NCBI GenBank assembly: GCA_963662465.1
Contig: OY759599.1
Coordinates: 4,928,001-4,992,000, forward strand
Direction of reading: 5' to 3'
DNA from: Desulfatiglandales bacterium
Lineage (GTDB): Bacteria; Desulfobacterota; DSM-4660; Desulfatiglandales; Desulfatiglandaceae
Length of the DNA: 64,000 nucleotides
The notes under the pieces were generated by a model that saw only the letters and a list, made by a program, of their open reading frames with translations, was not told the origin of the DNA and did not search any database. Position numbers and translations under genes: made by a program. Positions 42,321 to 52,939 of this stretch are shown here, piece after piece; positions within the stretch are counted from its first letter, which is position 1; every line of letters starts with the position of its first letter.

Positions 42321-42500
42321 AAATTTTTCCCGTAAAAGGTTCGCTTTTCAGCCCGAAATTTCAAAATCTGGGATTGCCACTTTACAGAAGCGGCAAAGTA
42401 TCGTAAAAAACTCTTTAAAATATCATGATCCCTTGTTTCGGTCAATGTCAATTTCGAAAACATGATCCTGGATGATTTTAATATGTTCGGAGGGTAACCC

Positions 42501-42929
42501 ATGCTGATTGATGATGTGGAGCGTCTAATTCCCCACCGAAACCGCATGAAGCTCATTGATGAAATTATTTCCGTGAATGAAAGCTTGGCTGTTACAGCGT
42601 CTACCATAACCGAAACCTGGCCCATGATTGAAAATGGCTTCGTCAACCCCCTTGTTCTGGTGGAACTGGTGGCGCAGACCGCGGGGGTATGCATCGGATG
42701 GACGGAACGTCAAAAAAAGGGAAATGATCGGGACGGAACCGGGTGGATTGTGGGGATCAAGGAATCGGTTTTGCACTGCGATCATCTCCCGGTAAATGGC
42801 CGCATCATAACGGAAGCCAGAAAAGTGTTCCAGGTTGAACATTACAGCGAAATTACGGGAACAACGCGCATGGGAAACGAAATCGTCGCGGAAATAAAGT
42901 TGCAGGTGCTACAATCGGAGACCGAATAA
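42501..42929 (+). CDS. Hot-dog fold thioester dehydratase (ApeP/FabZ-like)
   Basis: LIPHRNRMKLID, VELVAQT, GWIVGIK. Confidence 0.8.
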   Translation: MLIDDVERLIPHRNRMKLIDEIISVNESLAVTASTITETWPMIENGFVNPLVLVELVAQTAGVCIGWTERQKKGNDRDGTGWIVGIKESVLHCDHLPVNGRIITEARKVFQVEHYSEITGTTRMGNEIVAEIKLQVLQSETE

Positions 42930-42996
42930 CTGCGGTTTTGAGTTTTGAGTTTTTCTACCAATGAATTCAAGTTTTTATGTTGAAGAGGTTTTGCTT

Positions 42997-43722
42997 ATGG
43001 ATAAAGGCGTGGCAGTGGTGACAGGGGGGAGCCGGGGTATCGGACGTGCCATATGCCTGGAACTGGCCGGCGAAAAATACTTTGTGGTGGTCAATTTTCA
43101 TTCCAATTCAAAAGCCGCGGAAGAAACCCTTGAGATGATCGAAGCCCGAGGGGGGAAAGGTGAAATCAGCCGATTTGACGTCTCCAACGCCAGGGAAACC
43201 CGGGAAGCCATTCAAGATATTATCCGTCGGCACGACCGCATTCAGGTACTGGTCAACAATGCGGGCATTACGGCGGATGGACTCTTTGTTTTTATGACGG
43301 AGGATGAATGGGACAGCGTCATCAACATCCACCTGAAAGGGTTTTACAATGTTACCCGGCCCGTTCTTGAAAATATGGTGGCCCACAAACAGGGAAGCAT
43401 CGTGAGTATATCCTCCGTGTCGGGAATCGTGGGGCACCGGGGGCAAGCCAATTATTCGGCGGCCAAGGCCGGGCTCATCGGCGCCGGCCGCGCCATCGCC
43501 GCCGAAGTGGCACGCCTGGGCATCAGGGTCAATGTGGTGGCGCCGGGGTTGATTCAAACGGAAATGATCGAAGATATTCCAAAGGGACAGATTAAAGGGC
43601 TGATTCCCATGGCCCGGGTGGGTCGGCCCGAAGAGGTGGCTACCGTGGTGCGGTTCCTCTGTTCCGAAAATGCGTCCTATGTGACGGGCCAGGTGATTTC
43701 CGTCAATGGGGGGATGGTTTGA
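42997..43722 (+). CDS. fabG: 3-oxoacyl-ACP reductase
   Basis: TGGSRGIG, NNAG, YSAAK, NVVAPG. Confidence 0.9.
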   Translation: MDKGVAVVTGGSRGIGRAICLELAGEKYFVVVNFHSNSKAAEETLEMIEARGGKGEISRFDVSNARETREAIQDIIRRHDRIQVLVNNAGITADGLFVFMTEDEWDSVINIHLKGFYNVTRPVLENMVAHKQGSIVSISSVSGIVGHRGQANYSAAKAGLIGAGRAIAAEVARLGIRVNVVAPGLIQTEMIEDIPKGQIKGLIPMARVGRPEEVATVVRFLCSENASYVTGQVISVNGGMV

Positions 43723-43723
43723 T

Positions 43724-44338
43724 ATGGAAAGGAATATAAAATGGCTGATAATACTGGCCGTCTCTTTTTTCATGGCCGTCCCCGGGGCCCAGGCCGGGGA
43801 TTGGGATCAGATCCGGGAGGAAGCAGGCAATATTCAAACCATCAGCGCTCATTTTGTTCAGGAAAAACACCTTGAAATTTTGATAAGGCCATTGATATCC
43901 AAAGGCGCCTTTTATTTTTCGGCGCCCGGATCACTCAGATGGGAGTACTTTTCTCCCATCAAGAGCATTCTGTTGATGCATAACGGAAAAATCCGCCGGT
44001 TCATTGGAAACGAAAACGGGTTCAAGGAAAACGCTAGCCCCGGACTTCAAGCCATGGAAATGGTGCTTGAAGAAATTGCCCTGTGGCTGAAGGGAGAATT
44101 TTCCCATAACCCCGATTATATCGCAACGCTTACGGGGGATAATAAAATTGTGATGACGCCGAAAAACAAGGCTTTTTCAAAAATCATTCAAAAAATTGAA
44201 ATCCTGCTTTCAGACCAGCCAGGCGTCATTGAATCCGTAACCATTTATGAGGAAAAGACCTCTTTCACCAGGATTCTGTTCCAGGATGTCAAAATCAATC
44301 AGGGGCTGGCGGACATTCTTTTTGAATCCATCCCATAG
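43724..44338 (+). CDS. LolA-like outer-membrane lipoprotein carrier
   Basis: Signal peptide, AHFVQEK, SKGAFYFSAPGSLRWEY. Confidence 0.8.
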   Translation: MERNIKWLIILAVSFFMAVPGAQAGDWDQIREEAGNIQTISAHFVQEKHLEILIRPLISKGAFYFSAPGSLRWEYFSPIKSILLMHNGKIRRFIGNENGFKENASPGLQAMEMVLEEIALWLKGEFSHNPDYIATLTGDNKIVMTPKNKAFSKIIQKIEILLSDQPGVIESVTIYEEKTSFTRILFQDVKINQGLADILFESIP

Positions 44339-44347
44339 GAAAGCCTG

Positions 44348-45049
44348 ATGAAAACCCTAACCACTCGGAAAAACGTTCAAATTCTGATTTTGCGCCTTTC
44401 AGGAATGCTGCTTCTGACAACCTGCGCCGGCATGCCTGACATCAAGACCATGGACGTGTCCCGGGTTCCGGAAACGCTGATGCGTTGCGAAAACGTATTT
44501 CCCAGGGGGAAATGGCAATTCGCCCATGCCATCGAGGCCGATCTGGGGGGCGGGCAGGAGGCGCGGTTGATCGGCGTCACCGAACTGTCGTCCAATCCGG
44601 AACGGATTCATGCCGTCATGATGACCATCGAGGGCCTGGTTCTTTTTGACGCTCTTCATGACGGCCAATTAACCATCAACCGGGGCATTGCCCCCTTTGA
44701 CTCCCGGGAATTTGCTCAGGGGTTAATGGACGATATTCGGTTGATATTTTTTAAACCCCATGGCGACCCCATTGGCGTGGGTGTTATCGACCGGGGATGT
44801 GACGTGTGCCGATGCCAGTCAGGCAATGCGATGGTTGATGTGATGGTTTGTCCGGATTACCTGTTTGAAATCCGTCAATACGAAAATGAACAATTGACCC
44901 GTACGGTTTCAGCCCCTTTGAAACCCACGGGCAGTCGGAAAACAGCAAACGCTTTCCCGGAACAAATAACACTGACGGCACAGGGCCCCGCTCACTATCG
45001 CCTGACCCTGCGGCTGATCAGTGCGGAACAGATCAGTACGGGCAGATGA
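44348..45049 (+). CDS. Putative lipoprotein (DUF3261/LolB-like)
   Basis: LLLTTC lipobox-like, EGLVLFD, DDIRLIFF; follows LolA as in aryl-polyene-type clusters. Confidence 0.6.
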   Translation: MKTLTTRKNVQILILRLSGMLLLTTCAGMPDIKTMDVSRVPETLMRCENVFPRGKWQFAHAIEADLGGGQEARLIGVTELSSNPERIHAVMMTIEGLVLFDALHDGQLTINRGIAPFDSREFAQGLMDDIRLIFFKPHGDPIGVGVIDRGCDVCRCQSGNAMVDVMVCPDYLFEIRQYENEQLTRTVSAPLKPTGSRKTANAFPEQITLTAQGPAHYRLTLRLISAEQISTGR

Positions 45050-45075
45050 TGATCCGCCCTTGACAGGATATCCTA

Positions 45076-46338
45076 ATGAAATTTAGATTGATTTACCCTA
45101 AATGGGCAAAGCTTGACAGCCAAACCGAATTCCATTTGCCGCCCCATGGACCCGTTGTTTTCGCTGCTGCCCTTCCCGACCATGTGGCAGTGGAATTTAT
45201 CGATGAAAACCTTGAAGAGATTCCCTTTGACGACCCGGTGGACTTTGTGGGTATCTCCATGATGCTGACCATTCAGGTAAAAAGGGGATGGGAAATTGCC
45301 GATACCTACCGTAAAAAAGGTATTAAGGTGATATTCGGTGGTATCGCTACCATGCTGCATGCCGAAGAAACCCAGGCCCACGGGGACGCGGTGTTCCTGG
45401 GAGAAGCTGAAGGCCGCATGGAAAAGGTTTTTTCGGACTTTGAAAGGAACCGGCTACAGCCGGTCTATGACTATCTTGATGACCGTCCCCCCATCGATAC
45501 GGTGGGAATTGCCCGGCGGGATCTCCTGAAACGGGATCTCTACAATTACAGGGGCGTTCAAATGGTGGATCTGGTACACGCATCGAGAGGGTGTCGCTTC
45601 CATTGTTACCCCTGCGCCGTGGCCTATCTGGGGGGGCGGGTGTTCAGACCCCGTCCCATTGACAAAGCCATCGCCGAAATGGAAAGCATCGACAACAATC
45701 GCTTGTTCATTGTGGATAATTCACTGGCCCAGAACACCCAATGGGAGATGGACCTTTTCCGGGAAATGATCCCCCTCAAAAAAAAATGGTGCAGCCACCC
45801 CATCGAGGATAAACCTGAAGTTTTGGATCTGGCAGCGCAAGCCGGCGCCTGGTACGTGTATCAGGCGGTTTTTGACACTTCCGACTACATCAGGGACCGC
45901 ATCAGGCGGTACCACGATCATGGCATTTTGGTGGAAGGCACCATCCTTCTGGGGCTGGATCACCACACAGAGGAGTATATCCGGGAATTGATCGACTTCC
46001 TCCTCGAAATTGACCTGGACCTGGCGGAATTTACAGTGCTGACCCCTTTTCCCCATACCCGGGCGTTTAATGATCTGAAAAAGCAAAACCGAATTTTTTC
46101 TGATAACTGGAACGATTATTCAGCGGATAAGGTAGTCTATCACCCGAAGCACATGTCGGCTGAGAGACTGCAGGAACTGTTCCATTATGCCTGGGATGCT
46201 TTTTACCGGGACGAATCCCAACAGATGAAAATGTTCAAACTGCTTCAAACAGTGGTTGAAAGGGAAAAGCAAGATAACACTTTCAGACCCAGAAAGCGGG
46301 AGTTGGCGAAACGGGCCTTTGGCAGAAAGTCGCATTAG
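45076..46338 (+). CDS. B12-binding radical SAM protein
   Basis: IDEN, GEAEG, SRGCRFHCYPC, LTPFPHT. Confidence 0.88.
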   Translation: MKFRLIYPKWAKLDSQTEFHLPPHGPVVFAAALPDHVAVEFIDENLEEIPFDDPVDFVGISMMLTIQVKRGWEIADTYRKKGIKVIFGGIATMLHAEETQAHGDAVFLGEAEGRMEKVFSDFERNRLQPVYDYLDDRPPIDTVGIARRDLLKRDLYNYRGVQMVDLVHASRGCRFHCYPCAVAYLGGRVFRPRPIDKAIAEMESIDNNRLFIVDNSLAQNTQWEMDLFREMIPLKKKWCSHPIEDKPEVLDLAAQAGAWYVYQAVFDTSDYIRDRIRRYHDHGILVEGTILLGLDHHTEEYIRELIDFLLEIDLDLAEFTVLTPFPHTRAFNDLKKQNRIFSDNWNDYSADKVVYHPKHMSAERLQELFHYAWDAFYRDESQQMKMFKLLQTVVEREKQDNTFRPRKRELAKRAFGRKSH

Positions 46339-46370
46339 GAAAACAGCCTTTTTCCTTGCCGGAAAGCCGG

Positions 46371-46595
46371 TTATTTCTTGGGGGTAGATGGTTTTCGGAA
46401 AAAGTTCGCTTTGACCCAGTTCCAGTTCAGGATCACGTGCAGCACCGCCACGATGGCAAAAACGATACCGCCTCCTTCGTGCATGACTTCGAATACCCTG
46501 TGGGGCAACATATGGTGCAAAAGTCCCACAAGGACCTGGTTGATCAGCAGAGCCCCGAGTAAGAGGTTGATAATCTTCAGAATGAATTTCTTCAT
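46371..46595 (-). CDS. Small membrane protein (DUF4405-like, His-bearing TMs)
   Basis: MHEGGG..., LHVILNWNWV; AAGGAG RBS. Confidence 0.65.
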   Translation of the reverse strand: MKKFILKIINLLLGALLINQVLVGLLHHMLPHRVFEVMHEGGGIVFAIVAVLHVILNWNWVKANFFRKPSTPKK

Positions 46596-46719
46596 AAATT
46601 TCTCCTTCTCATGCTTCATTGATTGAACATCACAAACATGACCCATTACTATCATGCTCTGTTATGGATGTGAAGTTCCAATGGGGATGTCAAACAAAAC
46701 ATTTTCTTCAAAAAAACAG

Positions 46720-46767
46720 TTGACAAGAAAATTTTCATCTGATAAAAGCCAATCAAACGTTTGTTGG
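46720..46767 (+). promoter_or_regulatory. Candidate sigma70 promoter with downstream palindromic operator
   Basis: TTGACA-N17-TAAAAG then CAAACGTTTG palindrome (46754-46763) just before the TetR start. Confidence 0.6.
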
Positions 46768-46779
46768 AATTTTATAGAA

Positions 46780-47355
46780 ATGACCAAAAAAGCTGATAAG
46801 ATTAAAGAAATTCATAGCGTCGTCACCCGGCTGTTTGCCCAAAAGGGGTATCATAATACCTCCATGCGGGAAATCGCACGGGGACTCGGCATGAACCAGT
46901 CCTCCCTCTACCATTATTTTGCCGGCAAGGAGGATATTCTGTTCACCCTGATCAACGATGCCATGGACGACGCCCTGAGCACCCTGGAAGAGATTTGCAA
47001 AACCGATTTGTCGCCCCACGGCAAACTCAACCAGGTTCTCAGTTTTTACGCCCACTACTATACGGGAGATCTGGACCGTCTCGTGTTGCTGGTGAATGAA
47101 CAGGGCAACCTGGGGAAGGATTACCGTGGGATGCTTATCAAAAAGGAACGGCGTTATGTGCATCTTATTCAGTCCATTTTGAAGGCGTTGGCCGATGAGG
47201 GCCGAATGAAGCCCATTCCCCCGGCGGTGGCCGCCTTTGCCTTTTTCGGCATGGTCCACTATACCATCAAGTGGTATGACAAGGATGGTCCGATAAAATC
47301 CGGAGAACTGGCGGATTATTTTCTGGAAATCTTTACAAAAGGGATTTTTTTATAA
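46780..47355 (+). CDS. TetR/AcrR family regulator (KstR2-like)
   Basis: LFAQKGYHNTSMREIA...SSLYHYFAGKEDIL. Confidence 0.9.
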   Translation: MTKKADKIKEIHSVVTRLFAQKGYHNTSMREIARGLGMNQSSLYHYFAGKEDILFTLINDAMDDALSTLEEICKTDLSPHGKLNQVLSFYAHYYTGDLDRLVLLVNEQGNLGKDYRGMLIKKERRYVHLIQSILKALADEGRMKPIPPAVAAFAFFGMVHYTIKWYDKDGPIKSGELADYFLEIFTKGIFL

Positions 47356-47397
47356 GTCTGATGATGGTTGATTATCTTTTTTAAAGGAGTAAACATA

Positions 47398-49425
47398 ATG
47401 GTATCTTTTCCTTCACTTGCCGTCCAGGGAGACTTCGGAATTCCCGGTTATGTCTTCGCATGGATCATCGCCATTGCGGCCCTTACGGTCTTCGCTTTCA
47501 TTATTCGAACCCGCATCCACCTTCTTCTGGTCAGCCAGAAAGACCCTCGCTTTTCAAACTGGAAAGAGCGCTTCCTGGGCCTGATCGATTACGGGTTCAT
47601 TCAAAAACGCCAACCCCGATACCTGTGGGCGGGCATCATTCACATCATGATATTCTGGGGGTTTATGGTGCTGGGGTTAAGGTCCCTGGACCTGGTAACC
47701 GAAGGTTTGGGAATCCCCATTTTTCGCCCCTTCATGCACAGCCCGTTTGGCGCATTTTACAACTCCATGAAGGACATTTTTGAGTTAATCGTTCTCGTCG
47801 CCTGCATATGGGCCATTCTCAGGCGGGCCATTGTCAAACCCAAGCGATACGAAGGAAGTCACCTCGTTGAAGCTTATCTGGTGCTGGGGCTCATCAGTTT
47901 CCTCATGATCACGGATATGTTCTTTGAAGGAAGCGGGATTCTGCTCACCGGCGGGGCGCGGGGGTGGCTCCCGGCGGCATGGCTCGCGACGCTTTTTCTG
48001 CCGACCAGCCACCCCGGCGCCCTATCCGTGATCCTTTACGTCACCTACTGGCTTCATATCCTGGCCTTCTTTCTTTTCTTGAACCTGCTCCCCCTGTCCA
48101 AACACTTTCACATCATCACAGCCCTTCCCAATGTTTTCTTCAGAAAACTCAAGAAAGGCGAGATCAAGCCCGCCAAATATGGCGTGGATGATATCTTTGA
48201 ACTGGAAAGTCTGGGGGTTGAAAAAATCGAGGATTTTACCTGGAAACATGTTCTCGATCTCTATACCTGTACGGAATGCGGTCGTTGTACGGACAACTGT
48301 CCGGCCAACGCCATTGGAAGGCCCCTTTCCCCCAAATTGCTCACCATCAAGCTCAGGGACCATGCCTATGAAAAATACCCCATTCTGCCCTTCCTTGGGC
48401 AGAGCAAACAGGAAGAGGCCGAAGTTCCCATGGTGGGGGGCGTCATCGGACTGGATGAACTATGGTCCTGCACCACCTGCGGCGCCTGTGAGGAAGAGTG
48501 TCCCGTATTTATCGAATACATCAACAAAATCATCGATATGCGGCGGCATGTGCTGGAGACCTCCCAGAACCCCAGCACGTTCAACCAGATCCTCATGTAT
48601 GTGGAGAAAACGGGCAACCCCTTCGGCAAACCGGCCGTCAAACGGGCCGACTGGGTAAAGGAACAGGAAGTCCCCGATGTAAAAATCCTGAAGGCGGGGG
48701 ACAGCGTGGATATCCTGTACTATGTGGACGGGTACGCGTCCTTCGATCCCCAATCCCAGAAAATCGCCGCCGCCATTTGCAGGGGATTCAATCTTGCGGG
48801 CATGGACTTCGGCATTCTCGGAAAACTGGAAAAGGACACGGGTCACCAGGTGCGGCGCATGGGCGAAGAAGGATTGTTTCAGATGCTGGTGGAGGAAAAC
48901 ACGGAGACCCTTTCAAGCATCGATTTCAAGTGGATTGTTACCACGGACCCGCATGCTTACAACGCGCTTAAAAAAGATTATCCCACAGACTATAAGGTTT
49001 TCCATTATGCACAGTTCTTTTTGTCCCTGGTGGAAACGGGTCATTTACGGCCCAATAAGGGGGTCGATCCCAAGGACCTTTATACCTACCACGATCCTTG
49101 CTACCTGGGCAGACACAGCGGCATTTACGACGAACCCCGGCGACTGCTCACATCCATCCCGGATCTTCGGCTGGTGGAAATGGAACGCAGCCGGGACCGC
49201 AGTTTCTGTTGCGGCGGCGGCGACGTGACGCTGTGGCACGAAGTTGCAGAGGAACAGCGCATGGCGGAAAAAAGGATCCACATGGCCCTTGAAACGGGGG
49301 CCAATGTGATGGTTACAGCCTGCCCGTTCTGTCTCATCCATTTTGAAGACGCCATCAAAACTGCGGGTCTTGAAGATAAAATCAGAGTGGTGGACTTGAT
49401 GGAGCTTTTTATGTCGGCGTTTTAA
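47398..49425 (+). CDS. Membrane-bound FeS oxidoreductase (NarI-like TM + 2x[4Fe-4S] + CCG; putative ETF:menaquinone oxidoreductase)
   Basis: TM His residues, CTECGRCTDNCP, CTTCGACEEECP, HDPCYLGR, CCGGG, TACPFC; upstream of etfBA. Confidence 0.85.
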   Translation: MVSFPSLAVQGDFGIPGYVFAWIIAIAALTVFAFIIRTRIHLLLVSQKDPRFSNWKERFLGLIDYGFIQKRQPRYLWAGIIHIMIFWGFMVLGLRSLDLVTEGLGIPIFRPFMHSPFGAFYNSMKDIFELIVLVACIWAILRRAIVKPKRYEGSHLVEAYLVLGLISFLMITDMFFEGSGILLTGGARGWLPAAWLATLFLPTSHPGALSVILYVTYWLHILAFFLFLNLLPLSKHFHIITALPNVFFRKLKKGEIKPAKYGVDDIFELESLGVEKIEDFTWKHVLDLYTCTECGRCTDNCPANAIGRPLSPKLLTIKLRDHAYEKYPILPFLGQSKQEEAEVPMVGGVIGLDELWSCTTCGACEEECPVFIEYINKIIDMRRHVLETSQNPSTFNQILMYVEKTGNPFGKPAVKRADWVKEQEVPDVKILKAGDSVDILYYVDGYASFDPQSQKIAAAICRGFNLAGMDFGILGKLEKDTGHQVRRMGEEGLFQMLVEENTETLSSIDFKWIVTTDPHAYNALKKDYPTDYKVFHYAQFFLSLVETGHLRPNKGVDPKDLYTYHDPCYLGRHSGIYDEPRRLLTSIPDLRLVEMERSRDRSFCCGGGDVTLWHEVAEEQRMAEKRIHMALETGANVMVTACPFCLIHFEDAIKTAGLEDKIRVVDLMELFMSAF

Positions 49426-49468
49426 CCTTATCATTCATTCCGGCTTGTCCGGGCTAGGAGGTAAACAC

Positions 49469-50248
49469 ATGAACATTATTGTTTGCGTTAAACGGGTTCC
49501 CCTTACCCAAGAGGTGGATCTGGAAATTGACAGTACCCGAAAAGGGATTAAAAAAGACGCACTGGCCTACGTCATCAACGATTGGGACAACTATGCCATT
49601 GAAGCGGCGGTGCAGCTTCAGGAAGCCCTGGGCGGAGAAGTGACCGCCGTTGCCATCGGAGACGAAGAGGATGAAGAGGTGCTGCGAAGGGCACTGGCCA
49701 TGGGGGCGGACCGGGCCATTAGAATTGACCCGGGGGACCTTATCCCGGATGGTGATCTCAACGCGAAAATTCTGGCCAAAGCCATTTCCGACCTGGACTA
49801 CGACCTGATTTTTACCCGGGTTCAGTCGGAAGACGACAACACGGGGATGGTGGGGATCATGCTGGCGGAGCAGTTGGGCCTGGCCCATGCGGCCATTGCC
49901 AACGGCATTGAACCGGAAGACGGAACCGTCAAGGTTCGGGTGGAGCTGGAAGGGGGCATCGATGAAGTTTCCCGGATCCAGTTGCCGGCCCTCTTAACCG
50001 TTCAGACCGGCATCAACGAACCCCGGTATGTGTCCATCATGGGCATTCGAAAGGCCAAAAAGAAAGAATTGAAGGTGGTTTCCTTAAACGATCTGGGTTT
50101 TTCAACCGATGACTTGACACCGCAAACCCTCATCGAAGAGGTTTTTCTGCCCCCTGAAACCGAGGGCGCTGAAATGCTCGAAGGGGATTCCGCCACGGTG
50201 GCTGAAGCCATTATCCGCATTATGGGAGAAAAGGGGGTGACGATCTAA
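49469..50248 (+). CDS. etfB: Electron transfer flavoprotein beta subunit
   Basis: IVCVKRVP, NDWDNYAIEAA, ALAMGADRA, INEPRY. Confidence 0.93.
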   Translation: MNIIVCVKRVPLTQEVDLEIDSTRKGIKKDALAYVINDWDNYAIEAAVQLQEALGGEVTAVAIGDEEDEEVLRRALAMGADRAIRIDPGDLIPDGDLNAKILAKAISDLDYDLIFTRVQSEDDNTGMVGIMLAEQLGLAHAAIANGIEPEDGTVKVRVELEGGIDEVSRIQLPALLTVQTGINEPRYVSIMGIRKAKKKELKVVSLNDLGFSTDDLTPQTLIEEVFLPPETEGAEMLEGDSATVAEAIIRIMGEKGVTI

Positions 50249-51220
50249 ATGGGCGATATATTCGTGATTGCAGAACACCGAAACGGGGAACTCCGGGACA
50301 TTACCTTTGAAATGCTGAAAAAAGCGGATGCGCTGGCCCAGGCCATGTCCTGCAACGTAACGGCTGTATTATTGGGGGGACCGAGCGAGGCCTTTGCGGA
50401 TGATCTGGCAAAATGGGCCGACCGGGTACTGGTCTTTGAAGATGAAAGACTGAAAACCTACAATTCAGACCTCTACGTCGGTATTTTGGCGGCAACGGTG
50501 CAGACGCAGCAACCCTTTCTTACCCTCATGGGACACACCTCCTGGGGCATGGATTATGCCCCTGCTCTGGCGGTGAAGACCGGTTATCCTCTGAGTACGG
50601 ATGCCTCCGACATTCTTTTGGAAGAAGGACGTCCCCAGGTGATTCGCCAGATGTACAGCGGTAAATTGTTTTCGAGGATTTCCTTTAAACCATCCCCGGG
50701 TTATCTGGTAACCGTAAGACCGGGGGCCTTCAAGGCGGAACCCGCGGGCGACAAAGAGGGCGAAGTGGTTCGGGAGGCCCTTCCGGAGGGTCTTCCAAGT
50801 CCTCGCCGGGAATTTCTGGAGTTTGAAGACACGGCTGCCGGCGATGTGGACATTACCCAGGCTGACCTGCTGGTATCGGTGGGTCGGGGGGTCGGTGAAG
50901 CGGATAACATCGCTGCGGTGCAGGAACTGGCCGACATCCTGGGCGGGACCCTTTCCTGTTCCAGACCGGTGGTGGACAAAAACTGGCTTCCCAAGTTTCA
51001 CCAGGTGGGCACTTCCGGCAAAAGCGTTAAACCCAAAGTCTATCTGGCCCTGGGGATCAGCGGCGCTTTTCAACACGTGGCGGGCATCACGGGCGCCGAC
51101 TGTGTGATCGCCGTCAACAAGGACAAAAAGGCCCCCATCTTCAGGGTAGCGGATTACGGCATTGCCGATGATCTGTTTAATGTGGTGAACGCTCTGAAAG
51201 AAAAAGCCAAGAGCGCATAA
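50249..51220 (+). CDS. etfA: Electron transfer flavoprotein alpha subunit
   Basis: SRPVVD, QVGTSGK, GISGAFQH, NKDKKAPIF. Confidence 0.95.
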   Translation: MGDIFVIAEHRNGELRDITFEMLKKADALAQAMSCNVTAVLLGGPSEAFADDLAKWADRVLVFEDERLKTYNSDLYVGILAATVQTQQPFLTLMGHTSWGMDYAPALAVKTGYPLSTDASDILLEEGRPQVIRQMYSGKLFSRISFKPSPGYLVTVRPGAFKAEPAGDKEGEVVREALPEGLPSPRREFLEFEDTAAGDVDITQADLLVSVGRGVGEADNIAAVQELADILGGTLSCSRPVVDKNWLPKFHQVGTSGKSVKPKVYLALGISGAFQHVAGITGADCVIAVNKDKKAPIFRVADYGIADDLFNVVNALKEKAKSA

Positions 51221-51399
51221 GCAAGCCGTAGTTTTAAGTTTTTCTCTCAATGAATTCCTTGTTTTTTGTGACTGGTTTTTGGGAAACAAGGCATTAAAAC
51301 ATCAACCGTCGCCTGGAACGGATATGTGGTGCGAATCCGTTTCAGGCGCGAATATTATATTATTCCATCCCCGATGAAATCGGTTTCAGGAGGAGACCC

Positions 51400-52542
51400 A
51401 TGGATTTTGGTTTAAATAAAGAACAACAGGATATTGTGGCCGCTGCAAAGGAGTTTGCACGGGGGGAATTTCCGGATCGGGCACAGGAATTCGACCGGAA
51501 CGAAACATTTGACCAGGATCTGTGGCGCAAAGCATGCGAATTGGGTTTTGTGGGCGTCTTCATTCCCGAAGAATACGAAGGGGCCGGTTACGGGTTTCTG
51601 GAACATTGCCTGATTACCGAAGAATTCTGGGCGGCGGATCCGGGCATCGGGCAGGCCGTTCTGTCATGCACCTTCGGCGCCGAACTGCTGATACTGTTTG
51701 GAACCGAGGCCCAAAAACAGGAGGTGCTGCCGAAACTGGTGGCGGGAGAGGCGGTGCTGGCCACAGCCATCACCGAACCCGATGCGGGCAGTGATCCGAC
51801 CGGCGCTGTAACCTCGGCGGTCAAGGATGGCGACAACTGGGTCATTAACGGCAACAAGATGTTTGCCACCAACGGTGATCTGGCTGACTATATGATGACC
51901 TTCTGCCTGACGGATCCCGAAAACCCTTCCCGGCACCGTCGGCACAGTTTTATCCTTATTCCCACCCAAACCAAGGGGTATGAATCCAACAAGCTGCACG
52001 GTAAAATGGGTATCCGGGCCTCCGATACGGCGGAATTGAGCCTGAGCGACCTTCGGGTTCCTCTTGAAAACCTGGTGGGAAAAGAAGGGGAAGGGTTCCA
52101 TGAACTCATGGCCTTTTTTAACCGAACCCGGCTTCACATCTGCGCGCAGGGGGTAGGCCTGGCCAGGGCCGCTCTTGAAGAAGCCGTTCGTCATACCAAG
52201 GAAAGGCGCCAGTTCGGTGCGCCCCTGGCCTCCTTTCAAAATACCCAGTTCAAGCTGGCTGAGATGGCCACCTGGACCAAAGCCGCCAGGAACCTCTATT
52301 ATGAAGCCGCCTGGCAGATGGACCACGGAAAAATAGACCATGCGCTCATCGCCATGGCCAAATGGTATTCCGCTGAAAATGCCGTCCGTTGCGCGGACAT
52401 GGCCCTTCAGATGTATGGGGGGTACGGCTATATTGACGAATACAAAGTTCAGCGGCTTTATCGGGATGCCAAAATCCTGGAGATTTACGAAGGAACCAAA
52501 GAGATGGAAAAAACCATTATTGCCGGGACCCTGGTGGGGTAA
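51400..52542 (+). CDS. Acyl-CoA dehydrogenase
   Basis: AITEPDAGSD, KMGIRASDT, GGYGYIDEY, EIYEGTKE. Confidence 0.95.
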   Translation: MDFGLNKEQQDIVAAAKEFARGEFPDRAQEFDRNETFDQDLWRKACELGFVGVFIPEEYEGAGYGFLEHCLITEEFWAADPGIGQAVLSCTFGAELLILFGTEAQKQEVLPKLVAGEAVLATAITEPDAGSDPTGAVTSAVKDGDNWVINGNKMFATNGDLADYMMTFCLTDPENPSRHRRHSFILIPTQTKGYESNKLHGKMGIRASDTAELSLSDLRVPLENLVGKEGEGFHELMAFFNRTRLHICAQGVGLARAALEEAVRHTKERRQFGAPLASFQNTQFKLAEMATWTKAARNLYYEAAWQMDHGKIDHALIAMAKWYSAENAVRCADMALQMYGGYGYIDEYKVQRLYRDAKILEIYEGTKEMEKTIIAGTLVG

Positions 52543-52913
52543 GGGGCAACTCTTTTTGGAGCCTTACCCCCGCAGCCGTTCACAGAGTGCAGGGGCTACG
52601 ATCGCAAGCCGGGACAAAATGTTTGAACACGATTTGAAAGATTAAATGATGACCAGAATTGCCATTGGCCGATGAAACGCAAACAAAAGGATGTAAAGGG
52701 GTTTGAAGGAACTTGTCCTGACGTCGGATTCTAATCCAGTTCATCGCAACCGTCAACCGGGCAGCGGGCCTGCAAAGCTCTCGACGTAAAACTCACGGCT
52801 GAAGCCGTACATGGGTAGGGTTTTTGCTTGACGGCGGGGTGTTTGTACGGGGATTTTGGCCGGTACATTCTCATCAAACACAAAAGCAGGTTGTACAAAC
52901 GCACGCAGCTGCT

Positions 52914-52939
52914 GTAGAGACAAGGCATGCCTTGTCTCT
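52914..52939. repeat. GTAG-type REP-like palindrome
   Basis: GT + perfect 24-bp palindrome AGAGACAAGGCATGCCTTGTCTCT. Confidence 0.7.
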
